From contig CAZEEI010000002.1 in the NCBI GenBank assembly GCA_964511175.1, forward strand, positions 66,063-130,062: a stretch of 64,000 bases of DNA, given 5' to 3'. The notes under the pieces were generated by a model. It searched no databases and was not told the origin of the DNA. It worked only from the letters and a program-made list of their open reading frames with translations. The position numbers and the translations under genes were made by a program. Below, in pieces: positions 37,498 through 48,615 of the stretch. Origin of the DNA: an uncultured Pseudomonadales bacterium (lineage in GTDB: Bacteria; Patescibacteriota; Microgenomatia; UBA1400; UBA1396). Within the stretch, counting starts at the first letter, position 1. The number at the start of each line of letters is the position of its first letter.

Positions 37498-38960
37498 ACT
37501 TTACTGCTCCTCTGCCATCGCTTCGCCTCAGTCAGTGCCGACACGCTTATTTAGTCGGTATTAAGGGAGTGGGTATGACTTCCTTAGCCGTTTTACTGCA
37601 ACAGGCCGGTCTGACCGTAGCGGGCGCCGACACAGAAGAAACTTTTGTGACCGACCAACTATTAGCGCAGCACCAGATTGTGCCAGATAGCTTTGCCAGC
37701 GCCATTTTGCCGGATAAAACAGATGTAGTGATTTATTCGGGCGCTCACCAGGGTGCTAACAATCCGCTGGTAAAACTCGCCCGCACAAAAAAGATACCCA
37801 CTTTATCTCAAGCCGAAGCACTGGGCTTGCTTTCGGTGCGCAAGGAAACAATTGCGGTGGCTGGAGTGGGCGGCAAATCAACTACCGCCGCTCTACTCAG
37901 TTGGATTTTGGAAGTGGGTGGCCAAGATCCATCCTACTCGGTGGGAGTGGGTAATATTCCCAACCTCGGTTCATCCGGGCGCTGGCGGAAAAATCGGGGA
38001 CCCTTTGTCGTGGAGGCTGATGAGTATGTAGCCGACCCAACCCAAAATTTGACCCCGCGTTTTCTCTACCTTCGGCCCAAACACCTAATCTGTACTTCCC
38101 TTAGTTACGATCACCCGGATGTCTATCAATCTTTGGCTGATACGCAGCAGGCCTTCAGTAGTTTGCTGGCCTATTTGACCCCGGAGAGTATTTTGGTTTA
38201 CAACGGTGATTTGCCGGTGTTGGTCGAATTGGTGCGCAACCATCCTGGTCAATTTCGGCGTTTATCAGTGGGTGAAGGTAAACACAATCAAGTACGAATT
38301 AACGATTTCCAAGTAGTGGCTGGTGTGGGTCTAGCCACCATTATTGCTCCAGGCTTACCGTTGGATCATCAATTAATACGCTCACCCATTCCAGGCAAAC
38401 ATAATCTGCTTAATGCAGTTTATGCCGCAGTGATGGCGGCGGAACTGGGTGTTGATCTATCCGCTATTGATCAGGCAATAACTAGTTTCCGCTCTACCCA
38501 ACGCCGTTTTGAGTATATTGGTCGCACGCTGGCTGGTTGTGAGTGTTACGACGACTACGCGCACCACCCGCGGGAAATTGTGGCCATCGGTGAAACCCTA
38601 CACGACTGGTTTCCTGGCAAAAAATTGGCCGTCGCTTTTGAGCCGCATACTTTTTCCCGCACCAAGGCCTTGTATGCTGATTTTCTTAATGCCTTGGAAG
38701 GTCTCAAGGCGCAGGTATTTTTGTTACCGATTTTTGCCTCGGCTCGGGAAACAGAGGACGCCAGTATTAGTTCAGTGATGATGGCGGATGATCTAACCCG
38801 CCGCGGCGTTGAGGTTCGCTACTGTCCCGATCAAACGACTTTGCTAGAATACATCCAGGCTTTGGATGCCGATACCGTGCTAATAACCTTAGGAGCCGGT
38901 ACGATCTATAAGGTGTATGCCAAACTCACTTTTAACCCAACTACAGAATCACTTTCCTGA
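37494..38960 (+). CDS. murC: UDP-N-acetylmuramate--L-alanine ligase
   Basis: An N-terminal Rossmann domain (YLVGIKGVGMTSLA), Mur ligase P-loop AGVGGKSTT and a C-terminal domain. Confidence 0.8.
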   Translation: MNFTAPLPSLRLSQCRHAYLVGIKGVGMTSLAVLLQQAGLTVAGADTEETFVTDQLLAQHQIVPDSFASAILPDKTDVVIYSGAHQGANNPLVKLARTKKIPTLSQAEALGLLSVRKETIAVAGVGGKSTTAALLSWILEVGGQDPSYSVGVGNIPNLGSSGRWRKNRGPFVVEADEYVADPTQNLTPRFLYLRPKHLICTSLSYDHPDVYQSLADTQQAFSSLLAYLTPESILVYNGDLPVLVELVRNHPGQFRRLSVGEGKHNQVRINDFQVVAGVGLATIIAPGLPLDHQLIRSPIPGKHNLLNAVYAAVMAAELGVDLSAIDQAITSFRSTQRRFEYIGRTLAGCECYDDYAHHPREIVAIGETLHDWFPGKKLAVAFEPHTFSRTKALYADFLNALEGLKAQVFLLPIFASARETEDASISSVMMADDLTRRGVEVRYCPDQTTLLEYIQALDADTVLITLGAGTIYKVYAKLTFNPTTESLS

Positions 38961-39927
38961 ATTATCCTTTCAGGGTGAAGTGGCATTGGCTGCCTACACT
39001 TACATGCGGGTGGGCGGTCCTGCCGAGGTTTTATGGCGCGCCCAGCGGTTAACCGATTTAGTCGACGTGGTTAGATTTGTCCGCCAGCGGCATTGGCCGC
39101 TGACTGTTTTTGGTGGAGCCAGCAATGTGGTAATCCGCGATGGTGGGATTCGGGGTTTAGTGATTATTAACGAATGTAACCAGGTGCAGATTCCGGCTGA
39201 TTTGACCCAACTCGATCTGCCAGCGGAGTCAGTAACTAAGACGGCGGGTACCAAACAATTTGTTTTAGCCGAATCAGGAATTAAAACGGCTTTACTGATA
39301 CGTGCCACCATCGACGCTGGTTTGACCGGGCTGGAACCTTTTTTAGGTGTGCCTGGTACCTTGGGGGGAGCAATTTATAACAATTCGCACTACACGGAAG
39401 AATTGATTGGTAACTATGTGGTGGCGGTGGAAGTAGCGGCCGAGGACGGTCACTCTTATTGGTTGCCGGCCAGCGTTTGTGAGTTTAGTTATGACCACTC
39501 CCGCTTTCATCACACCCAGGAAATAATTTTGCGTGTTTTGTTTGCTCTGTCCAAAGGCGACGCACCCACTTCACTGCAAAAAATAACCACTGCCACTCAG
39601 AAAAGAGCGGCCACCCAGCCTTTAGGCGAAGCTAGTTCAGGCTGTATGTTTCAAAACGTAACTTTAACGCCAGCCCAACAAGAACGGTTTGGCAAAAAGG
39701 TGCTTTCGGCCGGCTGGCTGATTGATCAGGCCGGGCTGAAAGGCCTGCGGGTGGGCGACGCATCGGTTTCGACTAAGCACGCTAACTTTGTGATTAATGA
39801 AGGCCGCGCCAGTTACCGCGATATTGAACAACTGATCCAAAAAGTGCAACAAGCCGTGGAACAACAATTCGGGATTCACCTCGAACCAGAGGTTTTCTTT
39901 CTCGGAGAACCAAAGAAAGGATCGTAA
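38917..39927 (+). CDS. murB: UDP-N-acetylenolpyruvoylglucosamine reductase
   Basis: FAD-binding domain (YMRVGGPAEV...FGGASNV) and the MurB C-terminal domain (SGCMFQN...GWLID). The start is uncertain, with a 44-nt overlap with murC if 38917 is used. Confidence 0.75.
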   Translation: MPNSLLTQLQNHFPELSFQGEVALAAYTYMRVGGPAEVLWRAQRLTDLVDVVRFVRQRHWPLTVFGGASNVVIRDGGIRGLVIINECNQVQIPADLTQLDLPAESVTKTAGTKQFVLAESGIKTALLIRATIDAGLTGLEPFLGVPGTLGGAIYNNSHYTEELIGNYVVAVEVAAEDGHSYWLPASVCEFSYDHSRFHHTQEIILRVLFALSKGDAPTSLQKITTATQKRAATQPLGEASSGCMFQNVTLTPAQQERFGKKVLSAGWLIDQAGLKGLRVGDASVSTKHANFVINEGRASYRDIEQLIQKVQQAVEQQFGIHLEPEVFFLGEPKKGS

Positions 39928-41259
39928 ATGCCAGTATATGTGGTGACCGGAGGTACGCCCCTACATGGCTCGGTCCGTCTAGGTGGGGCCAAGAATGTTA
40001 GTTACAAATTGATGATTGCGGCGCTGTTAGGAGAAGAAGAATCGCGTATTCTCAATTTTTCCCACATTAGCGATGTTGATCTGGTGCGTCAGGCGATTAA
40101 TGATTTGGGGGCGAAGGCCTACAGTGCCGGGGAGCGCACGATGTTTGTTGATCCTCAAGGACTAAAGGGTTGGCAGATAGCGGCGCGTTATGGCGAAGGT
40201 TCGCGTGCCTCCACGATGTTTTTACCAGCTCTATTGCATAAGTTTGGCCGAGCGAGCGTGCCGCTTCCTGGAGGAGATAAAATCGGCGCGCGGCCGATTG
40301 ACCGCCATTTGGAGGCGCTGAAAGCCATGGGTGTTCGCTTTAATACGACTAAGGGTGTGTTGGAGGCCTACGCCGATGCGGGTCTAACCGGGGCGACCAT
40401 TCGTTTTGCTAAGAATACCCACACCGGTACGGAAACTGTTTTAATGGCGGCGGCGGTGGCGCGCGGGACTACTATTTTGGAAAATGCAGCGGAAGAGCCG
40501 GAAGTCGACGACCTTATTGCTTTTCTCAACGCGATGGGCGCGCACATCCGCCGCCGCGCTCACCGGGTCATTGAGGTGGAAGGAGTGCCGCACCTGAGTC
40601 GAGCCGTTCATAAAATCATGCCGGACCAAAACGAAGCCGTTTCCTATGCAGTAGCAGCGGTGGTTACCAAGGGCGACATTATTGTGGAAAATGCCAAGCA
40701 CCAACACATGCAGGCTTTTTTGGATAAACTCGAGGAAATAGGTGGCGGTTTTGAAGTTGGCTCCTACGGTATCCGCTTTTTTTACCGCGGGCCACTGCGA
40801 GCCACTGACGTAGTGACCGATGTCCATCCCGGCTTCAAAACTGACTGGCAGCCACTCTGGGCCGTTTTATTAACCCAAGCTGAAGGTACTAGCGAAATTC
40901 ACGAAACAGTTTCAGCCAATCGTTTCCAGTATGCCTCTGCTCTGGAAACCATGGGTGCCCAAATCGAAAAATATAATCCGGAAGTGAAGGATCCGGACAA
41001 GGTTTATAACTTCAACCTAGCCGATGATCAGCCAAATTTTTACCACGCCTTGCGAGTGACCGGTCCGACCCGCTTGCGGCCCATCGAATATACCGTGCCC
41101 GATTTACGGGCAGGGGCGACAATTATTTTGGCGTCTTTAATTGCCGACGGCACTTCGACAATCCATGATTTAGAACGTCATGTAGAGCGTGGCTATGAGG
41201 CGGTGACCGACCGGCTCAATAGTATGGGCGCTAATATTAAGCGGAGTGATCCGGAGTGA
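39928..41259 (+). CDS. murA: UDP-N-acetylglucosamine 1-carboxyvinyltransferase
   Basis: GGAKN, the catalytic Cys/Asp loop region and the EPT-fold length. Confidence 0.85.
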   Translation: MPVYVVTGGTPLHGSVRLGGAKNVSYKLMIAALLGEEESRILNFSHISDVDLVRQAINDLGAKAYSAGERTMFVDPQGLKGWQIAARYGEGSRASTMFLPALLHKFGRASVPLPGGDKIGARPIDRHLEALKAMGVRFNTTKGVLEAYADAGLTGATIRFAKNTHTGTETVLMAAAVARGTTILENAAEEPEVDDLIAFLNAMGAHIRRRAHRVIEVEGVPHLSRAVHKIMPDQNEAVSYAVAAVVTKGDIIVENAKHQHMQAFLDKLEEIGGGFEVGSYGIRFFYRGPLRATDVVTDVHPGFKTDWQPLWAVLLTQAEGTSEIHETVSANRFQYASALETMGAQIEKYNPEVKDPDKVYNFNLADDQPNFYHALRVTGPTRLRPIEYTVPDLRAGATIILASLIADGTSTIHDLERHVERGYEAVTDRLNSMGANIKRSDPE

Positions 41260-41274
41260 AGTACAATACAACCC

Positions 41275-42027
41275 ATGGCCACTATCCATTCTAAATTCGC
41301 ATTAGACCAAATACGTATGGCGGGTCGCATGGCTGCCGAAATTGTGGAAAGTTTGTCGCACCAACTGGAACCAGGTGTTTCGGCTGATTGGATCGATCAG
41401 GAAGCACGGCGTTTGTGCCGCGAGCGCGGTGTGGAGCCGGCCTTCTTGGGCTACCAGGGTTTTCCGGGGGCAATTTGTTTGAGTGTTAATGATGAAGTGG
41501 TGCACGGTATTCCGGCTGCCCAGAAGATTTTGGCGGTCGGCGATTTAGTAAAACTCGATTTTGGGGTGAAATATAACGGTTACTATTCGGATCACTGCCG
41601 GACCTTTGCAGTAGGGCAGGTTAGTCCGATTCACCAAAAACTGTTAACCATTGGTCAGGCAGCCACAAATAATGCGGTTAAACTAGTGCGTCCGGACAAC
41701 CGGATTGGCGACTTGTCTTGGGCTATGCAGTCGACGGCGGAAGAAGCCGGTTTTTCCGTGGTGCGGCTTTACATTGGGCACGGCATTGGTAAACATCTGC
41801 ACGAAGATCCGGAGATTCCAGCTTTTGGGCGACCTGGCACCGGTCCTACTTTACATCCAGATATGGTGATTTGTGTGGAGTGCCAAGTTTGTGAAAAAGG
41901 CTACGCCATCACGCATGATCGCGACGGTTGGACTAGCCGAACCAAAGACGGTGGTTACGTAGTGATGTTTGAGCACATGGTTCATATTACGGCTGGCGAT
42001 CCAGAAATTCTTACGAAGCTGGATTGA
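41275..42027 (+). CDS. map: type I methionine aminopeptidase
   Basis: Metal ligands in [15 protein letters not shown] and the C-terminal E..H pattern. The length of 250 aa fits. Confidence 0.85.
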   Translation: MATIHSKFALDQIRMAGRMAAEIVESLSHQLEPGVSADWIDQEARRLCRERGVEPAFLGYQGFPGAICLSVNDEVVHGIPAAQKILAVGDLVKLDFGVKYNGYYSDHCRTFAVGQVSPIHQKLLTIGQAATNNAVKLVRPDNRIGDLSWAMQSTAEEAGFSVVRLYIGHGIGKHLHEDPEIPAFGRPGTGPTLHPDMVICVECQVCEKGYAITHDRDGWTSRTKDGGYVVMFEHMVHITAGDPEILTKLD

Positions 42028-43492
42028 TTTTCGTTAAACGCAAAATATCGACGCCCCAATAATGCAGCCGCGCGTAGCCCATACCGGCAATATTTTTTAA
42101 GTCCTGCCAGGTTTGCGGCGGCTGAGCAGCCAAGCGATGTAAGGTTTGATTAGTTCCCAAAAAATAGGGTGGTATTTGTAAGTTCTGGGCTTTGCGCCGC
42201 CGCAGTTCGCGTAGTTGGGCGAATAATTCCGGCGATGGTTGACTGATCGGTGGTGGTATCCAGGGACGGACATTTTGACAACGGCAGCAGCCGCAGCCAG
42301 GAGTAGTGATTTTAACCAGTGGATTGAGTGAGAAATAGTTAGCCAGCAACTCGGATGCACAGCGGGGTGATTGGGCAAAACGTTGGACCTGGTGGGCGAG
42401 GCGGCGCAAGTGATTGCGACGACCGGGGGCCGCGGCGGACAGAGTGAATTGGTAATTACGCAGTAGATCGTTGTCGCGGTAAAGCAGAACGCACCAGGCT
42501 TCCAGACCATCCCGGCCGCCGCGGCCCGACTCTTGGGCAAAAGCAGCTAAAGAAGTGGGCGGAGTGTGGTGAATAACCAAGCGCACATTGGGTTTATCTA
42601 CTCCCATGCCAAAAGCACTGGTCGCTACCAGAAGAGCGCGTGGTTCGGTTAAGAAACGGTGTAAATGGCGCTGTCTGATTGGGGTGCTCAGGCCAGCGTG
42701 GTAGGGTCGGGTCTGCCTAAAGCCAAATTTTTTAATCAGCTGGGTTAACTCTTCCGTTTCGGAACGGGTAGCCGCGTAAACAATAGCGCTTCCCCAAAGT
42801 TCTTTTTGCCACCAGCGCAAAATACCCAATAATATTGAACGTTTTTGGGCTTCGCTGGTAGGTGTTTCAATAACATAACGCAGATTGGGACGGTAAAAAG
42901 GCAGAGTGAAAAGTTGGGGTTTAATTAGCTGTAGGGAATGACTGATTTCTTTAATGGTGGCAGCTGTAGCCGTGGCGGTCAGAGCGGCTACAACTGGCCG
43001 GTGCGGTAAAGCAGTCAGGAAGTCATGGATTAGCAAATACTCTGGTCGAAAATCGTGTCCCCACTGGCTCAGGCAGTGTGCTTCATCAACACAAACTAGG
43101 GCGATATTTTGCCGCATCAGCAACTGGTGGACTAAAGCAGAATGTAACTTCTCTGGGCTTAGATACAGAATTTTAATGTTTCCCGACTGAATTTTTTGTT
43201 GAACCAGCTGACTCTGCTGTGGTGAAAGTGTACTGTTCCAGGTTACCGAGGGAATATTATGTTTGGTTAATTTGGCGAGTTGATCCTGCATGAGGGATAA
43301 AAGCGGGGAAATGACAATCGTTAGACCATCCAGCAGTGTGGCGGGAAATTGGTAACAAAGTGATTTACCGCCGCCGGTTGGCAAAACGGCCAATGTGTCG
43401 TGGCCGCTAAGGATAGCGTTAATAATTTCTTTTTGAGGCGGGCGGAACGATTGGAGGTGAAAAGTATCGCGGAGGTGGTTTTCTAAATTCAT
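42011..43492 (-). CDS. recQ: RecQ-family ATP-dependent DNA helicase
   Basis: Motif [17 protein letters not shown] box [16 protein letters not shown], the Zn-binding CxxC cluster and a C-terminal HRDC-like tail. Confidence 0.8.
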   Translation of the reverse strand: MNLENHLRDTFHLQSFRPPQKEIINAILSGHDTLAVLPTGGGKSLCYQFPATLLDGLTIVISPLLSLMQDQLAKLTKHNIPSVTWNSTLSPQQSQLVQQKIQSGNIKILYLSPEKLHSALVHQLLMRQNIALVCVDEAHCLSQWGHDFRPEYLLIHDFLTALPHRPVVAALTATATAATIKEISHSLQLIKPQLFTLPFYRPNLRYVIETPTSEAQKRSILLGILRWWQKELWGSAIVYAATRSETEELTQLIKKFGFRQTRPYHAGLSTPIRQRHLHRFLTEPRALLVATSAFGMGVDKPNVRLVIHHTPPTSLAAFAQESGRGGRDGLEAWCVLLYRDNDLLRNYQFTLSAAAPGRRNHLRRLAHQVQRFAQSPRCASELLANYFSLNPLVKITTPGCGCCRCQNVRPWIPPPISQPSPELFAQLRELRRRKAQNLQIPPYFLGTNQTLHRLAAQPPQTWQDLKNIAGMGYARLHYWGVDILRLTKINPAS

Positions 43493-43540
43493 ATTTTCAA
43501 ACTACCGCACAATTCTGACCAAACCTGTACAATAAAAGCT

Positions 43541-45190
43541 ATGCGCAAGGCGCGTACCTGGTTAGTAGCCATTGTTTTGCTGGGGGCAATTTTGCGTCTG
43601 GTTGGTTTTGGGCACGTTCCCGTGGCACCATATTGGGACGAGATGGCGATTTGGGATGACGCCCAGTCGATTTTGGCGACGGGTCGCGACATGCACCACC
43701 GCTCTTGGCTGCAGCCGCTGTTTATTTCCTATGGCGATTTTAAGTTGCCGGTTTATATCTGGCTAACGGCGCTGGGTAGTAATTTAACCCAGGACATCTT
43801 AACGGCGGTGCGTTTGCCTAGTTTGGTGGCTGGCATCCTAAGCATTCCGGTTTTATATTATTTAGCTATTTGGCTTTGGCCACGGCAACGCGGTATTGGT
43901 TTAGCAGCGGCGGGAATAGCGGCGATATTGCCTTGGTCGCTGCATTTTTCGCGGGTTGGTTATGAGGGGCACGTGGGAATGGTTTGGTTACTTAGTTCAG
44001 CAGCGGCATTGTGGTGGAGTCGGCGGCAAAAAATAGGATCGCGGCAGTGGTTGGGTGTTCTGCTTAGTGCGGGTTTAGGTACTTTAGCGGTTTATACCTA
44101 TTTTAGTGTCCGCTTTGTTTTTCCGGTGGTTTTTTTGGGGGTGGCCGGTATCGAATGGCCTCACTGGCGACGCCGCTGGCCGCAGTTAGCCCTAGCTTTA
44201 CTGCTTTGGCTGGCTCTATTGATGCCAATGACACGTGCCGATTTTTACCAAGCCAGCAATCAATTTAGGCTTAGTGCGACCAATATTCTTAATAATCCCG
44301 ACCAGCCCAACATCATTAATTTGTGGCGGTTTCGGTCCGGCAACAACTTATTTAGTCGCCTGGTCTTCAACCGTTATACTTTTACAGCTCACAGTTTAAT
44401 GGTGAACTATGCCACATTTTTAAGTCCTAACTATTTGTGGTTTCAGGGCGACACTAATGTGCGTCATAGCTCTGGTGTGACTGGTATTATGCTGGTGACA
44501 ATGTTCCCACTTTGGGTAGTCGGGTGGCTGTCATTAGTGCGCCGGCAACCCAAACTCGCGATTTATTTTGGTCTTTGGTGGGCAGCCGGCATTCTGCCGG
44601 CCGCCGTACCTACTGATGTCCCGCACGCTCTGCGTTCGCTCAACACCTTGCCAGTGGTGGTTTTAGTTTTGGCTTGGGGCTTGGTAACCATTGCTCAGTG
44701 GTGGCAAACGATGGTGTCTCGTTTTGGTCGTTATCAAATTATCGGTAAATGGGTTGGCGCAGTGGCGCTGTCTTTAGCTATCGGCTTGGAACTGATTCGC
44801 TACGAGCATCACTGGCTCACCGTTTATCCCACTGTTTCGGCGCAAGAGTGGCAGGACGGCTACCTCGCGGCTGCCCGGTATGTTGCTCAAATACGCAATC
44901 AGTACACGTTTGTTTACGTCGATGCCTTTGATGATCGTTTTTTCTTGTATTACCTTCCTTATTCTGGTTTGAGCTGGTCGGCAATTCAAGATTCGCCCAG
45001 CGATGGTTTTAAACGCAGTATCTTCGACAATGTCCGAATTAGTAACATTGATAACTGGGAAGCGTTAGAGCACAATTCGTTAGTGGTTACTACGCCGGAT
45101 CGATTGCCGGCCGACCAAATGGTCGCGGCGACATTAGCCGACTCAACCGGAAAGGACCAATTTGTTACCGTGGTCACGCCTCGCGACTAA
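43541..45190 (+). CDS. GT-C fold membrane glycosyltransferase (GT39/GT83-like)
   Basis: More than 10 TM helices. The first-loop acidic motif is PYWDEMAIWDDAQSI. It is similar to the next ORF. Confidence 0.6.
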   Translation: MRKARTWLVAIVLLGAILRLVGFGHVPVAPYWDEMAIWDDAQSILATGRDMHHRSWLQPLFISYGDFKLPVYIWLTALGSNLTQDILTAVRLPSLVAGILSIPVLYYLAIWLWPRQRGIGLAAAGIAAILPWSLHFSRVGYEGHVGMVWLLSSAAALWWSRRQKIGSRQWLGVLLSAGLGTLAVYTYFSVRFVFPVVFLGVAGIEWPHWRRRWPQLALALLLWLALLMPMTRADFYQASNQFRLSATNILNNPDQPNIINLWRFRSGNNLFSRLVFNRYTFTAHSLMVNYATFLSPNYLWFQGDTNVRHSSGVTGIMLVTMFPLWVVGWLSLVRRQPKLAIYFGLWWAAGILPAAVPTDVPHALRSLNTLPVVVLVLAWGLVTIAQWWQTMVSRFGRYQIIGKWVGAVALSLAIGLELIRYEHHWLTVYPTVSAQEWQDGYLAAARYVAQIRNQYTFVYVDAFDDRFFLYYLPYSGLSWSAIQDSPSDGFKRSIFDNVRISNIDNWEALEHNSLVVTTPDRLPADQMVAATLADSTGKDQFVTVVTPRD

Positions 45191-46751
45191 GCGGCAGTTA
45201 ATTTTCTGGCTAGGTTTGGTTTTGGTGATGGTGGGGCGTTTGTTTTACTATCATTACACCGCTCCCCAGATTTTAAACCAGGATGAGGCGGCCATTCTAC
45301 TTAACGCCCGCTTAATCGCTGAAGCCGGACTTGACGAATGGGGGGTAGCTTGGCCGCTTACCTTTCGTTCCTTTGGTGATTTTAAGTTGCCGGGATACAT
45401 CTACCTGGTGGCTGGTTTGGGTAAAATAATTGGTTTTACCAATTTAACGGTACGTTTGCCTTCTTTGGTGGCTGGGGTAGTACTGTTGTGGCTAGTTTGG
45501 CGTGTCGCCGCCAAATTAACCAACTCGCCTGTGGTAGGATTGGCCGCTGCTTTACTTTTGGCTGTTTCTCCTTGGAGTTGGCACTATGGTACTTTAGGTT
45601 ACGAAGCTCATCTGGGCTTAGTATGGTGGTTGGGTGCTTTATGGTTAATTCTCACCAGCCGTCGATGGCCGGCTTATGTACTAGGCGGATTGATCCTGAC
45701 TTTAGCCTTGTTTACTTATAATGCGCCGCTGATCTTGCTGCCAATTTTGGTGGTAGCAGTAGTTTGTCAAGATTGGGGGCGATGGCGTTTGTTTGGCGCT
45801 AAACTAGTGGTCATTGTGGCAGCCGGCTTGATCGACAGTTGGCTAACTCTACCCGCTACACTACAAAAAGGGGGAATCGCCATTTTTCAGGATCCAACTC
45901 TGCTTGATGCCTATCCGCTCTACCGCGCCAGTTGGTTTGGTTTAGTCCAGACCTGGCTAGGTAACAAGTACGTTTACTTTATCGGTATTGCGATCAGTCA
46001 TTGGTGGCAACATTTCTCCTGGCAGTTCTTGGTTATGCAAGGCGGCAACAATCCTTGGCACACCATTCCCCAGACCGGACACTTAGTTTTCCTTTTACCG
46101 CTTTTACTAGCGATCGGTTTAGGGACGACTGGCCGACGTCTTTACTTAGCTTTGGTGCAGCGGCGCTGGTGGGTCGTCCGCCGGGAAGTAATACTGTTGG
46201 TTTTGTTCATTGGGAGTCTGGCCCCGGCGGCAATTACGGCGGACGCCCCGCACGCCACCCGCAGTTTATTTTTTTTCGTGATGGCTACCGTGTTGGGAGC
46301 CAGGGGACTAGTTGATGCACAAGACCGTTACTGCCGTTCTGGTTTACCCGCCAAATTAAAACACGTCCTAACTTTGATTTTGGCCGGCAGCTTAATTCTT
46401 GGTTTCACTTGGTGGTGGGTGCCAGCAACTCAGCACTGGCAACGCTCAGCTCAGGCTCGCTGGAATATTGGTTTAGAGACAGCCTTGCACGACTCCCGAA
46501 TTGACCAAGCCCAACGCGTTTTTATCGTTGATCCTAATGGGGTGCTGTATACGCTGGTGGCTACCACTAAGATGGTGCCGGCCAGTGTGTTCTACCAAAC
46601 GGTTAAACGTTCGCCGCCGGATACGGCTGGTTTGGTACGCGTGGAGAGTTTAGATCGTTACGAATTTATTTTCCAAACTAGCGACGCCCGCGCCCCCGGA
46701 TTGCTTTTGCAGCCCCGCAGTAACACCCAGTGGGATATCATCGAATTATGA
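45162..46751 (+). CDS. GT-C fold membrane glycosyltransferase (GT39/GT83-like), tandem paralogue
   Basis: The first loop NQDEAAILLNARLIAEAGLDEWG...FGDFKLPGYIYL parallels ...FISYGDFKLPVYIWL in the preceding gene. Confidence 0.6.
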   Translation: MLPWSRLATKRQLIFWLGLVLVMVGRLFYYHYTAPQILNQDEAAILLNARLIAEAGLDEWGVAWPLTFRSFGDFKLPGYIYLVAGLGKIIGFTNLTVRLPSLVAGVVLLWLVWRVAAKLTNSPVVGLAAALLLAVSPWSWHYGTLGYEAHLGLVWWLGALWLILTSRRWPAYVLGGLILTLALFTYNAPLILLPILVVAVVCQDWGRWRLFGAKLVVIVAAGLIDSWLTLPATLQKGGIAIFQDPTLLDAYPLYRASWFGLVQTWLGNKYVYFIGIAISHWWQHFSWQFLVMQGGNNPWHTIPQTGHLVFLLPLLLAIGLGTTGRRLYLALVQRRWWVVRREVILLVLFIGSLAPAAITADAPHATRSLFFFVMATVLGARGLVDAQDRYCRSGLPAKLKHVLTLILAGSLILGFTWWWVPATQHWQRSAQARWNIGLETALHDSRIDQAQRVFIVDPNGVLYTLVATTKMVPASVFYQTVKRSPPDTAGLVRVESLDRYEFIFQTSDARAPGLLLQPRSNTQWDIIEL

Positions 46752-47539
46752 AAACAAAGCACCAACATTCTTTATCAGTGGTTTACGCCGTCTACAATGA
46801 AGCAGCCAACTTGGCTCGTTCGCTGGACAGCATTAAGGATTTAGCCGATGAAATCATTGTGGTAGACGGTTCTTCCACCGACCAAACCAGGGAAATTGCC
46901 AAACAATACGGCGCTCAGATTATTAAGACGACCAATAAACCTATTTTTCACATCAACAAACAGATGGCCATGGCCGCGGCGCGAGGCGAGTGGACGCTGC
47001 AGATGGATGCCGACGAGGTAGTGGATGGTGAGATGCGGCAAGACATTAAACGCTTGGTTAATGCACCGTTGGACGCGCAACCGGCTGCTTTTTGGCTGCG
47101 GCGGCGCAACTGGTTTTTGGGTCGGTTTTTGACCAAAGGCGGACAGTATCCAGATCCGGTGATTCGTTTTTACCAAACTGGACGTGCCCATTTGCCCATG
47201 AAATCGGTTCACGAACAAATGGCAGTGGACGGTGAAGTCGGCTGGTTGGCTGGCCATCTTTTGCACTATAACGCCCCCAGTTTTAGTGACTACTTGCGCA
47301 AGGCCAACACCTATACTTCACTAACGGCTGGGGAAATGCTGGAACATAAAGTACCGCTTAATCTTTTCACCTTCGGCCGTTATTGGTATTGGTTGCCACT
47401 GAAAACTTTTTTCTCTCTTTATTTTCGCCATCTGGGTTTAGTCGACGGTTTTCCCGGCCTGATGTTTGCCCTTTTTTCCGGATTACACTACCGATTGGCC
47501 TACATTAAGTATTGGGAGAAGAAACGGACGACGACGTGA
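46748..47539 (+). CDS. GT2-family glycosyltransferase
   Basis: SVVYAVYNEA...VVDGSSTDQT...DAD(E) DxD motif. The ATG overlaps the upstream stop as ATGA. Confidence 0.7.
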   Translation: MKTKHQHSLSVVYAVYNEAANLARSLDSIKDLADEIIVVDGSSTDQTREIAKQYGAQIIKTTNKPIFHINKQMAMAAARGEWTLQMDADEVVDGEMRQDIKRLVNAPLDAQPAAFWLRRRNWFLGRFLTKGGQYPDPVIRFYQTGRAHLPMKSVHEQMAVDGEVGWLAGHLLHYNAPSFSDYLRKANTYTSLTAGEMLEHKVPLNLFTFGRYWYWLPLKTFFSLYFRHLGLVDGFPGLMFALFSGLHYRLAYIKYWEKKRTTT

Positions 47540-48615
47540 GAGTTTTACTGGATACTACACCGTTACTAAATCAGAATCGCGCACGCGGTGTGGGTCGCTA
47601 TACGCAAGAACTATTGCAAGCTTTGCGACAATTAACGGATACGGATGAGCCGCTAATAGTCCAAGCGACCCATGAGGTAGGAATCATACTTGATCCTAGT
47701 CAAGATTTCGACTTAATTCATTATCCCTACTTTGATTTGTTTTTTAGTACCCTACCCAAACCATCGCGTTTGCCGGTGGTAGTAACCGTCCATGATGTCA
47801 TCCCGCTTTTGTTCCCCCAACATTATCCACCCGGTCTGAAGGGCAAATGGCGCTTTTGGCAACAAAAACGCCACTTACAACAAGCTACCGCTGTGATTAC
47901 CGACTCGGAAAATTCCAAACGGGATATTAACCAATACTTGGATATTCCGGCGGCGCGGATTTACGTTACGCCCTTGGCCGCTAATCCAGCATTGCAACCG
48001 CCCACCGAATACGCGCAACAAAAAGCCAAACAAGCACTAAATTTGCCCAGCCAGTATGTTTTGTATATCGGCGATATTAACTACAACAAAAATTTGCCAA
48101 CCTTATTGTTGGCCCTCACCCAGTTGCCGGCCGAAATTCACCTCGGTGTGGTGAGCCAAACTTTTAATGACACTACCATTCCGGAAGGGCAAATGTTGGC
48201 GGAATTAATTCACAAAAATGATTTGGCAGAAAGAGTACACGTTTGGTCCATTCCGCCGGAAGATACTAATACTTTGGCGGCAGTAATCGCCGCCGCTAAA
48301 TGTTTGGTCCAGCCATCCTTATACGAAGGTTTTGGTTTGCCGGTTTTAGAAGCGATGCAAGTAGGAACAGTGGTGGTAGCGGCTAACACCTCCTCTTTAC
48401 CGGAAGTGGCGGGAGAAGCAGCTTTACTAGTTGAACCCACTATTGTTGGCCTAACTAACGGTTTGCAGGAAGCAGTAAGCTGGCGTGGGGAAGAACGAGA
48501 GAAAAGAATAAAATCAGGTCAACAACAGGCGGCTCGTTTCTCTTGGGAACAGACAGCCCGTTTAACTTACCAGGTTTATCAGGAGGCGCAGCGACTGGCT
48601 GGGCGGGGAAAATGA
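47536..48615 (+). CDS. GT4-family glycosyltransferase
   Basis: N-terminal GVGRYT motif and C-terminal EGFGLPVLEA. A GTG start overlapping the upstream stop (GTGA) is proposed. Confidence 0.65.
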   Translation: MRVLLDTTPLLNQNRARGVGRYTQELLQALRQLTDTDEPLIVQATHEVGIILDPSQDFDLIHYPYFDLFFSTLPKPSRLPVVVTVHDVIPLLFPQHYPPGLKGKWRFWQQKRHLQQATAVITDSENSKRDINQYLDIPAARIYVTPLAANPALQPPTEYAQQKAKQALNLPSQYVLYIGDINYNKNLPTLLLALTQLPAEIHLGVVSQTFNDTTIPEGQMLAELIHKNDLAERVHVWSIPPEDTNTLAAVIAAAKCLVQPSLYEGFGLPVLEAMQVGTVVVAANTSSLPEVAGEAALLVEPTIVGLTNGLQEAVSWRGEEREKRIKSGQQQAARFSWEQTARLTYQVYQEAQRLAGRGK

